DNA of 64,000 nucleotides from the NCBI GenBank assembly GCA_044892525.1, contig CM097885.1, positions 59,272,001 to 59,336,000 of the forward strand, written 5' to 3'. Below the pieces are notes generated by a model. The model was given only the letters and a program-made list of their open reading frames with translations. It ran no database searches and had not been told where the DNA came from. The stretch comes from Schmidtea polychroa (lineage: Eukaryota). Positions 49,975 through 64,000 of the stretch are shown here, piece after piece; position 1 is the first letter of the stretch; the number at the start of each line of letters is the position of its first letter. The position numbers and the translations under genes were made by a program.

Positions 49975-50399
49975 TGTTAGATGATGAGGGTAGGCCCATC
50001 ACTACATTCAATTTAGATAAATATTATAGAACAGGGCCAGGCAAGTACAGGGTTAACGTGTACGCCGAAGAACGCCAGTAAAAGATTTCTCGTCGATACC
50101 CATCTATGAAATCCAGATCGGCAACCAAACAATCCAATTTCCCAAGCAAGAACCGATAGTTGAGCAGTGACTTTCGTCGATGTTCATTTGTGTGTCAATA
50201 ACTTTCATCGATATTCATTTATGTGTCAATAACCTTTATCGATATTCATTTATGTGTCAATAACTTTATAATAATTTATTTTATTTCATGTGTGATTTAT
50301 TGTAAAGAACACCATTTGTGAACTTTAGCAAACTCTGATCTTTTCATCGAATTTGTAGTGTGAATTTTTATTTTTCAGTGTATTTTTTAATTTTAAACA
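49975..50399. mobile_element. Probable solo LTR containing 3 x 31-bp tandem repeats (50170-50262)
   Basis: TGTT...AACA ends; flanks caaag and caaat (4/5 TSD match); repeat unit actttcatcgatattcatttatgtgtcaata. Confidence 0.5.
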
Positions 50400-51259
50400 C
50401 AAATAAAAATAATGTATTTAAAAAAGAAATTAATTTAATTTAAAACTTACCACTAAAAATAATTCCAAACATTTCCAATAAAATCAAAAGTAAACATAAA
50501 ATTTCCAATAAAATCAAAAATAAACATTTATATTCTGGTGAAAAAATCAATTCTAAAATAAACAGTTATATTAGAAAAATAAAAACCAATTTATTATATT
50601 AGAAAAATAAAACCAATTTAAAGTAAAAATAAACATTCGAATATAGAAAAAATAAAATAAATATTTATTTAATATTAGACATAGGAAAAATTTAGTATAT
50701 AAGCAATCTTTAAAATCAGTTTATTCGCCCAAAAAAATAGCGCAAAGATTTTATATTCGAAGGTAAATCCTGAGGATAATTCAATCATTTGAATCAGCAC
50801 AAAACGATTCACAAATAATAAAAGCTTGCTAAGACACAACACGCACACACAACAAATAACAATACATATACTTCTTTTTGCACGCATTTTGAGTTGAATA
50901 AATTGATAAACAAGTACCAACTTTTTCAGAATTGTAACTGGATTTTATTTGGTAAATTTTATATTCAATACATTTTATTATATATTCGTCTTTGTTTTGA
51001 TATATATATAAGAACCAGTAAGTTGAGTGTTCCCGATTATCGAGACCTCAACAAAAGTTAACCAATAAATTAGTCGCTCGGAATAAGAATTCCGTAAGTT
51101 ACATTTAAAATATTCATGAATTTCTGATAAAAATGAGCATCTAACTAAGAATTTCTAACTAATATACCCTTGCGACCAGTACCTTTGTGAGCATTACTCA
51201 TAGGGGGACAAAATATCTTGTCGAATAAACTCTGACTATATATAAGAACATAGAATATG

Positions 51260-52790
51260 CAGGGCCGCCGCGTGGGTAAGAGGCGCCTTTGTGCCAGATT
51301 TTTTTTCAGCGCCCTTCCCTGAACTGAACCCCCATGTCAAAAACTATGACTTGTTATGAATTTAATCATTAGAATATTTCCAATGAATACTTTTATTTTA
51401 AAAAATAATTACAGCTTATATAATACGATAATATACAGGCATGGGTTATATACATACAATATATAATACTAAATCTAAGCAATCAATAAAATTTGCTTGT
51501 CTCAAACATATATTAAGAATTAGATTACTTTATAATTATTCATCACTCAAAAATCAAAATACTTTTTACATATTTACTCTTCTAGCTTTAGCAGCTACAA
51601 AGTTTTTTATGAGATCGTTAATATCTATGGAATCCAAAATATTGCTTTCTATAGATATTATGGATAAGTCAGTTAATCGTTCTTCTTTCATGGTAAACCG
51701 TAAATAGTTTTTAATTAGTTTTAACTTAGAGAAACTTCTTTTTCCAGAAGCAACAGACACAGGTAATGTTAAGAAAATGCGTAATACAATAGTTATATTC
51801 GGGAAGATGTCATTTAATGCATTTTTATAAATGTAATTTAAAACCTCGTGAGGAGACAAGTCAGATTTTATAAAAATTGAATGGTTTTCAATTCTTCGTT
51901 TAGAGCTATACCATCAATATCTTCATCGTTTAAGTTTGCAAAGTTGGTTAATTTTATATGCAAATCTTTGCAGTGTTTCAATAAATCCTCATTATCCCAT
52001 TGTTTTAGTTGGTTGATGTTGTGCATTATTTTAAAATCTTCGTTGTCTTGTTGCAATTGTTGAAATCGTTCTGAAATTGACGATATAGTGGTGTCCAGAA
52101 TCGCGAAATAGAAGTTAATTTTAAAATCATGTTTTGCATCCTTCACTGTATCATATGGTGCTTCGTAATGGAATAACTTCCTTTTTTTCGCTTTCGAGTT
52201 TCAGGGAAATCAGGCTCAATATCAAGTTTTCTAGCTTTAGCCATTGCAGACGTCACAAGTTCTTCAAATTTATCATCAGTTCTAAGACTTTTTAAGTTGT
52301 TCAAAATTGAATTAAGATTTTCTTTTACTAATTGTAAATCGAATGTGGGCTTTTGCATTATTTTGCTGACAATATTGACAAGATTCAATATATCATATCA
52401 AATTGAGACGGAACACAAAAATTTAAAAGAACAAATTTTTGAAATTATATTATTTGCTTGAGCTCTAGAATCCATGTCTTTTATATGGTCATTAGTTATA
52501 TCTAATAGAGCTTGATAAATTTCTGACATATACATTTTCAGAGGTTTCAGGGCTTCTATCCGACTTTCCCATCTAGTTGCAGAAAGTGGTTTTAGGGTTA
52601 AGTTTTTAACGTATTTTTTTAATACATCCCACCGTTTCACACTAATTGAAAAATAACTATATAGTTCTTGAATCACACTAAAAAAATTTACCGTCTCAAA
52701 TGAAATTTTAGCTGCATCGTTCACTACCAAATTTAATGAATGAGCAGCGCATGGAACGAAAGAAGCTCGTGTATTTATTTCAAGAATTTA
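51260..52790 (-). mobile_element. 5'-truncated hAT (ZMYM1-like) transposon
   Basis: CAGGGCCG terminus at 51260; fragments LKPLSATRWESR, FPNITIVLRIFLTLPVSVASGKRSFSKLKLIKNYLR, ERLTDLSIISIE. Confidence 0.85.
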
Positions 52791-52991
52791 TAATATATGG
52801 GTTTCAATTGAAAACTAAATGCTTGTTTTAAAACTCTATTTAGAAGTGTTAATTTTTTGAATTTTTATTATTTCAATTATTACAAAATAATTATTTGATA
52901 AATGTTTTTGTAATTTATCTTGTCAATTTTACATAATTTTTGATACGAATCAAATTTTAATAAAGCTTAAGTAATCGAATAAAAATAATAC

Positions 52992-55900
52992 ATGAAAACT
53001 GAATTTATTTACGATTATAAATGCTTTCGAAGCACTATTGCTCAAAAAAAAGTAAGCAATTATTTTTCAATTTGTTTTAAAATTATTTCTAATTATTAGC
53101 TAATAGTCTCGGATGAAACCGATGAAATGTGGACTGTTTTTGATGCGGGACCAAAATCCGTAAAATATCCTATTATATTTCTACCACCTTGTAGTGGTAC
53201 TGCTGACATTTTTTACAAACAACTTATGTTTTTAAGTTCTAAAGGAATTCGAGCAATATCTGTAAGTTTAAATTTTTTATATTTATCATATAATCTATTA
53301 CTTAATCATTATAAAAATATTATTTAATTAAATTTAGAAATTTTGCGCATTTTAGAGAAATTATTATTATTATTAAGTAATGCAAATGAAAGTTATTTTA
53401 AAATTAATTTAATTTAATTATTATTAATCGTTTTGTTTACCTTAGTAATTGTTATAATCATTTTCTGTCAGATTGTTTATTGATATTTTTCTATTTTTAT
53501 GAAACATAATATATACTATAACGTTTTCATAATTTTATTTTTATCTAGGAGTTTTAAATATTGTATATGCTATTTTAATAAAGACTGATTTTACAATAGT
53601 CATGTAAATAAAGATACAGTATTTAACCTTATAACCCCCCCCCCCCCTTCGTCATTTTAGTAGATATAAGATTAATCTCTTTTATCATTTAAAAATATTA
53701 ATGCTCACATTGAAATTTTGCACCTTAAAGTTTAAAAATCTAAAGTTTTAAAATAGAAATAAAAATTAGGCATATAATTTATGAAATCGATTTTAATCTC
53801 ATAATATTTTCAAATGTGAATTTATAAGATAGACTAGATTATTATTAGACAAAATTAATCATGGCATCAAATGAAAGAATTTATTGACGACTTTAGGCCG
53901 AGTAATGCAGATTAGACTACTTGAACAAAAGTTTGAAAGCTTTTCACGAGGTCTAAGTCATCACCAAACACTATTTTCATATTTATTTCATTGCATGTGC
54001 ACATTAGTTTTGTAGAAACCTTATGTTACATTCTGTTATAACACAATTACCATTTCTGAATTAATTTTATTGACATCTACACGTTATTCATCATGTTATT
54101 TTGTGATTATATTTAATTAAAAATAATGAGAATCATCTATTTTTACTTGTTTATTAATATCATATGATACGAATCTAATTTCATATATTAATATCAAATA
54201 TTTCATTAAAAAACATTCAAATATAAAATAGGGGAATTTTTCCAATCTAAATACATAATTTTCTCTAACAATGTATGGCTGTAACGCTATTTGGAGGTTT
54301 AAAATGAATACTAAGTAATTACTAGTTATTGATTTTTTAAAAAGAAAGTTACAACGGTATATAAAAATAGCTTGTAGAAGAGAATTGTATTTTGATCTAT
54401 ACACTACTAAGACATACAGATAAATAATTATATAAAGCTGAAATTTAAACATGAAGGCCGTCATTTTGACAGGCTATAGCTAGTTCTTAAATAATAGTGA
54501 GAAAAAATAATTACAAGTGACACTGATTTACATTAATATTGTATCTGTTCATTATTTCTATTCTTTCACTCTACTAATCGATCAGGAATTGATATAGAAT
54601 AATTGTTATGATCTAAGAGGATTATAGTAGTCCATTAGGATACATTATTTTGATATATAGGGTATCTCACGGGTCAATTGTTATATATATTCCATGTTTC
54701 CTGATAGATTTGTACCCAATGCAACTACCATTTGGTAATGTACACATAGACTGGAGTGCAAGTGGCCAGATGAGCTCCATTGTTAAAGCACTACTGCCAA
54801 TTTGTGTCCATATACGGGTTTCTGGCTGCTGTTAGGTCTTACATCACTTATTGTTTTCGGTCGTTGATTACGAATCTTAACTCTGACAGATCTACCAAAA
54901 CAAAACACTTTATTAAACCTACATCCTCGGTTGGGTTAGCGACAAATACACTTCTCGTTGCCATACGAACGTATGTCTATTAAAACGAAGAAGATTCATA
55001 CGAACAACTCAACATCTTTATTATAAAGCAAAAGAATTGACAGGTGGAAAATAAAACGTCATCACAGTATCACAACGTCAAGACGAACTCCATATCTGCG
55101 TTGATGTCCACTGGGAGACTCTTGCAAATGGTTGGCGAAATATTGGAAATTGACCTCTTCCAATTCAGGTTCCATTTTTTGTGTCAAGTTGATAGAGGTG
55201 AAGCTGGGGTTTTCTTTCTTAGTTTTCTTTAGCTTCCTATCGGTAGTTGTTGGGACAGGAGTGTTTAGTGTTGGAGTTTCCATCGAAGCTAGAGTAAAAA
55301 ATTGGAGTCTCAGGCACCAGAATACATATCTCGGACACTGTAACGCGATGTGCCAGCAGATTGTTAATATTTTTCAACTAGGAATAGATTTGAGATGCGA
55401 GTTTGTAGCTCTAATTCGGGTGTGCACTTGCATCTGAGCTTTGTTTTGTTTGTGATGCAAATTCTGCTCAATGATTAGGTCATCGTGATACTGGATTAGA
55501 GACTTGAACTGTTTTTGCAGTTTGTTGACGCGTTCGGATGCGAACCACGTCTCTTTTAAACGATCTAATTGACTTCTGGGTTTGACCAGTTAAGTCTTTA
55601 ATTGAGATCTTTCCGTTATGTTCTGCTTGCATGAGACGAATCGTTAACCCTTGAAAAGGTTGTTTGATTCTGGAATTCCTGCAGTCATGATCGGATGATT
55701 GTGCCCGAATCCATAAAATGACACTCAAGCAAATAGAACACCCCATACAGTAGCTTGCCTACTTTATTTGGCCTAGCATATTTATTATGCTATTGTTATA
55801 TTTTATTAATAAATTTTTGACCCCCCCCTATATTATATCCAAATTTAGAAGTTAGATTGGAATTCAGTTGATCGCATTTGATCACCACTATTTACGGCCT

Positions 55901-58900
55901 TTTCTATTTGCCAGTTTTTACTACGTTGGTCTCATGCATTTGTAGTATTCAATGAAATATTTAATCTATTAAATTTCTAAACTAGTACGGTCGATAAAAT
56001 TGGTCTAGTAAAAACCGATGGGGCTATTTATTGAATTGAATATGATCAGCTCTGTCAATATGTCTAGATTTCTATTAGCCTATCTATGTCAGTTACACAA
56101 ATTCTCAAAGGCAAAAAAATCAGGTTACTTATTACATACACCACAGGCTAGATTCTAATGGTTAATTACACTGTTCTCAATCTCGTAGAAATCATGTTCC
56201 GCTATCGGGATTGTTGATTTCCTACTACAGCTGACATCTATTGTTTTGGCTACACTCTTGTCCTACTGATCTGTAAATCGCCTAATAAAACGTTTCGATC
56301 TCATGACATTGCCAAAATCATCATTGGGTTCATTTAATGTCTATCTTCACTGACTCCGAGGCAGGAATTCATTCTTATTATGGGCCTATTCGATTTGGTT
56401 CGCTTGATTTTAGGCCTATCTACACTAAGGGGAAGCTCCTGTCATTGTAGCTTGACCACTCCAATGAATCAACGGAAATATCTCGCCATGGGGTTTGCGT
56501 GTAACTGTCCATTCATCACATGACGTCAATTGTCGGACAAGAAGGGCATTAGCAGGGCATATGGAGAGGTTCTATTTAAACTACTCTGCGATTCATCTAG
56601 TACGAGCACATTTTCCCTCTATTTGTCAATAATTAGGGCTACCTTAAAAAGTTAATTCATAATAATCTTACTTGACCAATTAAGTGAAGCTACACCCTAA
56701 ATAGAGTCTATTTTAATATAATCTATTTTTGTCATAAATCACTTATTCCGATTAGCTAATATTTATTTATAATTTTTAATCATTTCATTACTTTTAGCCA
56801 TTTCCTTTTTTTTCCTTTTTTCCCTGATTCGTTTTACTATCGCCTTTTATTTTACTGTGAACCAAAAAAAGGAAAACTAAAAAAAGATTCTAGCACTTAT
56901 GTGTCAAGAAAATGGAAAACTGTGGCAACAAGATTCTAAAGAAATAGAAAATATCAAAAGAGATATACTAAAGGGAAAGAAACAAAATTTATAGAAAGTA
57001 ATGCCATTATTCATTCAAGTAAAGGTAAAATATGGATTCCAGGCGAAAGAAAAGAACAATTTGTTTAGCACACCAATAAAATGTTGTGTCATGCTGGGGT
57101 AAATAAAGTCCACGAATATATTTCTAGGAAATTTGACATGAGAAACAGAGAAGAATTTATTAAAGAAGTAGTCGGATCGTGTGAAAATTGTCAAAAAAGA
57201 AAAGACGACACGAACAGCAGAAAAACTAATTAAACCAACAGAAGTTTATTTATTTGAATCAATTTTCATTGACTTTTGTGGGCCAGTGAAAACTGGTAGG
57301 AGTAGAAAGAAGTATATTTTGGCATTTATAGACCAATTTAGTAAATATATTTCTTGATGTGCAGTTTCTGAGCAAAAGGAAAAGACAATTGCAACAATTA
57401 TTAACGAAAAATGAATTTTGAAATTTGGCTCTCCAAGGAGTATTCATAGTGATAGAAAAATAGCATTTGAGTAAGCTTTATTAAAAGCATTTGCAGAAAA
57501 ACACGGAATTAATTTAGTATATTCAAGTCTGCATCATCATTCAGCTAATGGACAAATTGAACGCCAATTTAGAACTATTAGAGATGCTATCCAAATTTCC
57601 TTTAAAGAAAGAACGGGCAAAGACAGGGTCGAAATAATTCCTGAAGTTGAATTATGTTGAATGCGACATTTAGAAAACTACTTAGTTAAGTCCTACACAA
57701 ATTGTTCTTGGGAAAAAGATTGCATGAAAATGACGAACCGCATGAACTACAATTATTAATGGAAAAACGCAAATCAGAAAGATTAGAGTTACTAAAACGA
57801 ATACAAGGAAATAAGGAAGATGAAATAAGATGAAGAAAGAGCAAATCGAATTTTCAATGTCGTATTGGTAAAAAACACGTGGCAAATAAAAATGAAGATA
57901 GAATTGAAGGTCCAGGTAAAATAATAAAGAATTTACATGACTGAAGTTTCATGATCGAATTTCAGAATGGAAAAATAGAAATGTGGAATGGATCAAATAT
58001 TTTTAAACGAGGGGAGATGTAGGATAACTGTAAATAATACCTGTTTGAAATAATATTATTGCATGTTGAAATTGTATGTCTGATTATTATGTAATGTATG
58101 TCTGAATGTCAAAGGTGTAATATTGGATTATTGATGCAATATAATGACTTACTCCAGATGGATAATCAGTTTTCGATTTTAATAAATTATGTCTTCAAAG
58201 TCTTGTAATATACAGTGGAACCTCGCATAACGAGCATAATTCGTTCCAGAATGTTCCTCGTAAAGCGAAACACTCGTTAAGCGAAACAACGCTTTTCATA
58301 TAAATTAATGTAAAATACGATAATTCGTTCCGTGCCGAAAAAAAATACTCAAAAAATTTTATGTACATATACATTTATTGAATGAAAATTATATACATGA
58401 TCATGTTGTTAAGGATGGTAAATCATCTTGATCTTTCCTTCTGTCGCGGAATAAACCAACCTGTAATACGAATTCATTTTACAAAAATTAAAAAGTATTC
58501 GAAATAATAAGTTTGTTGTAATGATAAATAATTTTTTTTACTAAAAAGCTGTATAGTGAGGTTTGTTTTTGGCGACGCTTCAAAATTTGGTGAAAAGGCA
58601 ATACAGCATTATCATTAAAAAGTGGAATGAAATGTTATTATTATTAATATAGCTACTGCTTTATTGGGGTGATATTTCTCAATGTACGACGCAGCAGTTT
58701 CCCATGATTTCAACATTTCTCTTATTGTGCCAGAAGATTGCTGTTTTATTGTTCCCTCCTACTTCTCTGACATACTCTCCTCCACAACTTCTTGAGAAAC
58801 ATAATGTAACTCCATTAGCTCTTCAGTAGTCAGCTCTTGACTGTGCTCTTTCACAAGCTCGTGGATATCATTGCCATTTACCTATAGTCCCATGGTCGTG

Positions 58901-61900
58901 GCCAAAGACACGATCTCGTTAACTACAGACTCCACAGGTAATGTTTCAACCCCCTCAAAGTTACATTCGCCATCACCATCTGGCCAAAGTTTCTTCCACG
59001 CAGAAATGAGAGTTCCCTTGGTAACTGCCTCCCATGCCGTTTCGATCATCTTGAGGCCGGTAACTATGTGGAAGTGATCTTTCCAAAACTCTCTGAGAGT
59101 GAGATTGGTCTTTTCAGTCATTTCAAAACAGTGTTTGAAGACTTCCTTAGTGCAGAATTTCTTAAAGTTCGAAATAGCCTGCTGGTCCATAGGTTGGAGT
59201 AAGGCAGTGGTATTGGGAAGCATGAAATGGATCTTGATGAATTTGAATTCTTCAACGAGATCATTTTGTAGGCCTGGAGAATGAGCAGGAGCGTTATCCA
59301 TAACAAGCAAGACATGTAACGGCAGATTCATATGAAGTAAATATTTTTTTACAGAAGGACCACACACATTATTGAGCCAATCAGTAAAAAGGTCACGTGT
59401 CACCCACGCCTTTTTGTTTGACCTCCACATCACATTTAGCCTGTTTTTTTGGACTTTACATTTCTTGAATGCTTGTGGGGTTTCAGAATGATAAACAAGC
59501 AGCGGTTTAACTTTCAAATCGCCGCTTGCATTGGCACAAAAAATCAGCGTGAGGCGGTCTTTCATTGGCTTGTGCATCCTCCTCTGCAGTAATATAAGTT
59601 CGCTTCGGCATCTTTTTCCAGAAAAGACCCGTCTCATCACAATTAAAAATTTGTTGCGGCAGATTGACATTAGAATCTATGAGCTTCTTGAAGTCGCCGA
59701 GTAAGTTCTCTGCTGCCCTCTTGTCGCAGCTTGCTGCTTCACCATGCCTCACAACACAGTGGATTGCGACTTTTTTTTCGGCGACATTTTGCAAGGTTTA
59801 TTGATTTTACAATAAAAATCACAAATAATTATTAAACTTTATACTAAACAAATCACAAAAAACATTGTATAAACACAGGTTTGTAAAAATTTATATCACA
59901 AGCAAAAGATGCTAGCGGAAAAATTGTAAACACATACTGATGTATTCATAAATAATGATAACAAGAATGCTGCAAATATTTTTGTTTACGTTAATTTTTT
60001 TTACAATCCAGGACTTTCACTCATGCGAAAAATCGTTCGTTAAGCGAGTCGTTTTTTTACAATTTATTTTACTCGTTATGCGAATTTCTCGTTATAAGAG
60101 GTGCTCGTTAAGTGAGGTTTCACTGTACATAATTTCAATTTATGAAATATAATTTACGTAAATCGAAACTTCATTTTACGAAATTTCGATTTGCGAACGA
60201 CTTTTCGTGAACGAATTAATTTCGTTAGGCGAGGGATAGGTGTATTTGAAAGTAAAAGGAAAAAATCTACTAATCGAAACTTTTATTTTCCATAATTTGA
60301 ATTTACACACAATAAAACAATAAGTCCCTAAAGAACAAGAAACAACAATTAGAAAATCCAAATTTCAAAAAATCAATCAAAATAAAATCAAATAAAAAAT
60401 AAAATTCACACACTTCAACTCGACTACTCTGCAATCAGGCCAGAAGATGTTTGCGCATACAGACGCGTGTAGTCAGAATTAATATTAATATTAATAATAA
60501 TAATAATAATAATCTCTCTATATGTAAAAAAGCTAAGGGTCCCCTCCATCCGAAGTTTATTTTTATTATTTTTTATTTTTGTTTTATTTTTTTTTATTTT
60601 ATTTAAATTTATTTTATTTAATTTTGTACATATCGTTCTATATTACTTTGAAACGGTTTATGCTATTATTTTTTATCATAGTTATGTAAACATATTAATA
60701 AACTAAATCTTACTCCTGTCCATGAATACCCTGGATATTGGGATTGGTGAAACGAAGCGAACAATNNNNNNNNNNNNNNNNNNNNNNNNNNNNNNNNNNN
60801 NNNNNNNNNNNNNNNNNNNNNNNNNNNNNNNNNNNNNNNNNNNNNNNNNNNNNNNNNNNNNNNNNNNNNNNNNNNNNNNNNNNNNNNNNNNNNNTTCTAG
60901 AGCCACTTGATTCCATGATTCTAGGAGCAAATACCACAATTCTAATTATAAAGCCCTTTGCATGTTAAGGATAAAATAATATTGATATCCTTTGGGAAAT
61001 TCTCTTTTGGAACTCGCATGAAACTGAAACTAATTTCGTGCGAAATATACACTGAGACGAACTATATACTTGAAAATACGGTGTTTAATTTCAACTTTAC
61101 AGAATTAATAAAGCTAACTACTGGTTGGATTATGCTAATTTATAATATTATTACATGTTATAAGGTTCAAATAGATCTTTACACATGTTTTGTTTCAGTA
61201 ACTTTTATCGATTCTATTATTTTAAACTCTTATCCTTGTTAACATTGATTAACATCACATGATTATCAACTTGTGTAAACAAATTTACAATAATCTATGT
61301 GAACTTTGTTTAGATAATATCATTTTTCGATAAGTTTTATATGCCTATGACATGGAATTTTTCAATAGTGGAATTCTACAATTTTTAACATTTGAAGTTA
61401 CTATTAAATTTAATTAGGTTTTAATAAGTTTATAATTAAATACGAGCTGTTTATTTTGATATAAAAAATTTATTTTCAACAGATAACTTTAATAAGGATT
61501 ATTTTAAAATGAATATTCTTTAAACCGGACTAGAAAACATACAAAATTTGGCTGCTTGTNNNNNNNNNNNNNNNNNNNNNNNNNNNNNNNNNNNNNNNNN
61601 NNNNNNNNNNNNNNNNNNNNNNNNNNNNNNNNNNNNNNNNNNNNNNNNNNNNNNNNNNNNNNNNNNNNNNNNNNNNNNNNNNNNNNNNNNNNNNNNNNNN
61701 NNNNNNNNNNNNNNNNNNNNNNNNNNNNNNNNNNNNNNNNNNNNNNNNNNNNNNNNNNNNNNNNNNNNNNNNNNNNTTTTTGTATGTGGTATGAGGTTGT
61801 AATGTTAGATTAGAAATCTGATGAGCCCGAAAGAGTCTCCGTTAAAACTTGTGGCGGGACAATCCGGGTGCGTGTTGTGTAATAACAAGTAAAATAAAAA

Positions 61901-63346
61901 TAATAATAAACGATAATATATATTGGAACAAAACTTTTATTCAAAATAAAAATTTTAAGACCTTGAGTCCGGGGGTAGTTTAACTAGGATTTGAATCTAG
62001 ACCTTTGCCGGGATATAGGACTGTAGGGACTGTAGATTTGCGGTTTAAGATAGATCGGCCTTTGCCTGGATATAGGACTGGAAATTTGTTGTTTAAGATA
62101 GGTTAATCTGAATTTGATTCTTTCTTGTGTCTTAATACTGTGTTCAATCAATGAATTAATTGTAGGGTTTTGACTCTTTAGCTCGTACTTAGGATTCTTA
62201 TTATTTCTTATTATTATTTTCGAGATTTCAACCTTTATCCTTGTTCTCGTATCTGAACACAAATCCTGGTCTACAAATAGGTTTGGAATTGAAATGGAGG
62301 ACTTTATTTTCAATTTGCTGCAACTTGCTTTAATTTTATTATTATTATTTTCGGGATTTCAACCTTTATCCTTGTTCTCGTATCCGAACACAAATCCTGA
62401 TCTACAAATAGGTTTGGAATTGATCTCTGCTTTCATAAGGAACTGGTATGTTTAATTAATGGAGGACTTTATTTTCAACTTGTTACAACTTGCTTTAATA
62501 TTAATTTTAATATTCGAAATCTTTTTTTTATCGACTTTTTTTAATTTTTTTAATTTTTTATAGCGATAATTTACCATAGTAAATTATCGCTATATAGTTT
62601 TTTTGAAAATCTGGATTTCCCAAATGGTGGCATTTTATATTTTAGTGTTCACAATTCCTATATATATGATAGAAATAATCTATAAATTATTGTTGTTAAT
62701 TTTCAACATGCACATCATCATTACTAATACAAAAAGTACTACAATTATATAGTTCTCTGAAAAACATTTCCGATCTGATTTTCAAAAATCATAGCAATCA
62801 CATCAGTTATCTTATTATGCAAACAATTTTAAATATTTATTCTATTAATTTAAATGCAAATCTTTAAATATCTTATTATAAAAAAAATTCACTTCCTTCC
62901 ATTTTCAAAATAAATGGCTCATATTTCAATAGATTATATTAACATAAACCCGTTTAGGTTAATTATCCTGTCATCTGGAACCATGAAAGTTGGTGTTTAA
63001 GTTTCAGCAGATTACTTGAAAAATTAAATGTCTACGAAGTTCACATTTTTGGTGCTTCACTCGGTGGATTTTTGGCACAAAAATTTGCATTATATACAAT
63101 TTCTAAGACACCAAAAGTCCTTTCATTAATTCTATGCAATTCCTTTACTGACACGTCAATTTTTAAATTGTCAAATCAGTCCAAATTGTAAATCATTTCC
63201 AGGAAGTTTTGTAAATCATATAATTTCTGTTTTCTAGTTTTTGGATGATGCCACGCTATGTCTTAATGAACCACATTCTTTCTGGCATAGATGTTGCTTC
63301 TGGAGATTTTCAAGTGCAGACTGCTGTGCGATTTGTGAAAAATAAA
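52992..63346 (+). CDS. SPG21: Maspardin (alpha/beta-hydrolase fold): exons 52992-53051, 53100-53261, 62958-63187, 63238-63346; further 3' exons not found in this window
   Basis: [14 protein letters not shown]|[41 protein letters not shown]...|VNYPVIWNH...[17 protein letters not shown]...[13 protein letters not shown]...|FWMMP. This is collinear with human maspardin as I know it; GT-AG junctions are phase-consistent. Confidence 0.93.
54660..55750 (-). mobile_element. Degenerate non-LTR-retrotransposon-like relic in the maspardin intron
   Basis: Coding-like, A/C-skewed minus strand; ELIWPL...ITIDP resembles DLIWPM...TIIDP in the element at 14830-14930. Weak. Confidence 0.35.
56880..58212 (+). 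mobile_element. Gypsy integrase relic with PPT and start of the 3' LTR
   Basis: H..LCHAG...[34 protein letters not shown]; GAGGGGAGA PPT followed by TGTAGG at 58018. Confidence 0.85.
58213..60125 (-). mobile_element. Tigger/pogo (TIGD1-like) DNA transposon, internally deleted
   Basis: TIRs CAGTG(G/A)AACCTC...TAACGAG with TA TSDs; [31 protein letters not shown] triad; frameshift near 59570; DNA-binding N-terminus missing. Confidence 0.92.
60510..60900 (+). mobile_element. Short interspersed Helitron/HINE-like repeat, copy 2 (interrupted by a gap)
   Basis: Homologous to 23830-24105; a CTAG appears just after the gap at 60896-60900. Confidence 0.55.
61995..62485. repeat. Two local tandem duplications (about 57 bp x2 and about 130 bp x2), possibly inside an LTR
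   Basis: CCTTTGCC.GGATATAGGACTG occurs twice, and GATTTCAACCTTTATCCTTGTTCTCGTATC.GAACACAAATCCTG.TCTACAAATAGGTTTGGAATTGA occurs twice. Confidence 0.8.
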
Positions 63347-64000
63347 GTAATTTTTACAATACATTGGTGAATTATATGAAAATCTTGATTAGGATATGCG
63401 TTTATCCATCTCTTTTCCGGGGTGTTATTTTGTCATGGGACCTATAATCTAAAATTAAGAATAATATTTTTAAGTAGATGGAAATATTTTTTGAATTTCT
63501 ATGTACTTATTTTATGCACTTGTAGGTTTCCGATAGATCTATAATTATCAAAAAACATGAAGAGTAAAAATGATTTACGAAAATTTATTCATTACAAAAT
63601 GAATTGAGGCAAAATGAAACGAATTATAGGAAATTTTTCATGTTTATTAATAATTTATTACGCACCTGTTTAGGTATTTGCATAAAGGAAAATGATTGAT
63701 TAAGCTTATAAATAAATTGTTTTATTATTTTATATTATTTCTGACGAGGAAATTAATGATCTGATCAGTGACCTTAAGGAAAATTATATTATGCCACATA
63801 TTAAGTTAAATATTCTGTATTTTAAATTGATAAATATTTATTTCACTTGAAAATTGTTAACCGGGCTTTGGAGTCGCACGACTCTAATTCAAATGAAACA
63901 ATCTAGAAGAATTAGTAACTTGAAATTTATTCAACTTCAAGTATTTTGGATATGATATTAGAATAGCGCAAATGTGGGAAACCTTATAATGCTGATGCAC

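Noticed and set aside
50170-50262. 3 x 31-bp repeats considered as a CRISPR-like array
   Set aside because: The units are contiguous with no spacers, the context is eukaryotic, and they lie within an LTR-like element.
50675-51200. Hydrophobic minus-strand frames resembling GPCR TM5-TM7
   Set aside because: Needs several frameshifts, has no CWxP or NPxxY motif, and low-complexity AT-rich codons mimic TM segments.
61818-61860. CTGATGAG...CGAAA looked like a hammerhead ribozyme core
   Set aside because: Helix II would have only a 2-nt loop and helix I does not pair with the flanks. Other CTGATGA hits (18567, 10177) also lack a correctly placed GAAA.

Overview
64 kb of very AT-rich, intron-containing eukaryotic DNA with about ten N-gaps. 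The 18S fragment, sigma-type GST and TE content fit a triclad (planarian-type) flatworm best; this is an inference, not a search result. The window is dominated by transposon copies and relics: hAT (Charlie/Buster, hATm, Blackjack-like), Merlin, piggyBac, Tigger/pogo, Tc1-like, Helitron, Gypsy-type LTR pieces, and one nearly full-length NeSL-type restriction-like-endonuclease retrotransposon. Host genes I can reconstruct are a 4-exon sigma-class GST (minus strand), an intronless catalytically dead cholinesterase-like type II membrane protein (neurotactin-like), and maspardin/SPG21 with a 9.7 kb TE-filled intron. A cryptic plus-strand exon series, largely missed by the ORF track, encodes a DSL-like/EGF-like cysteine region followed by several phase-1 Ig-like exons. 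Other points of interest are an 18S rRNA pseudo-fragment, a dense AP-1/NR5A-type motif cluster, and a possible gustatory-receptor-like C-terminal ORF. No CRISPR arrays or tRNA genes were recognised. All translations and splice models were done by eye.
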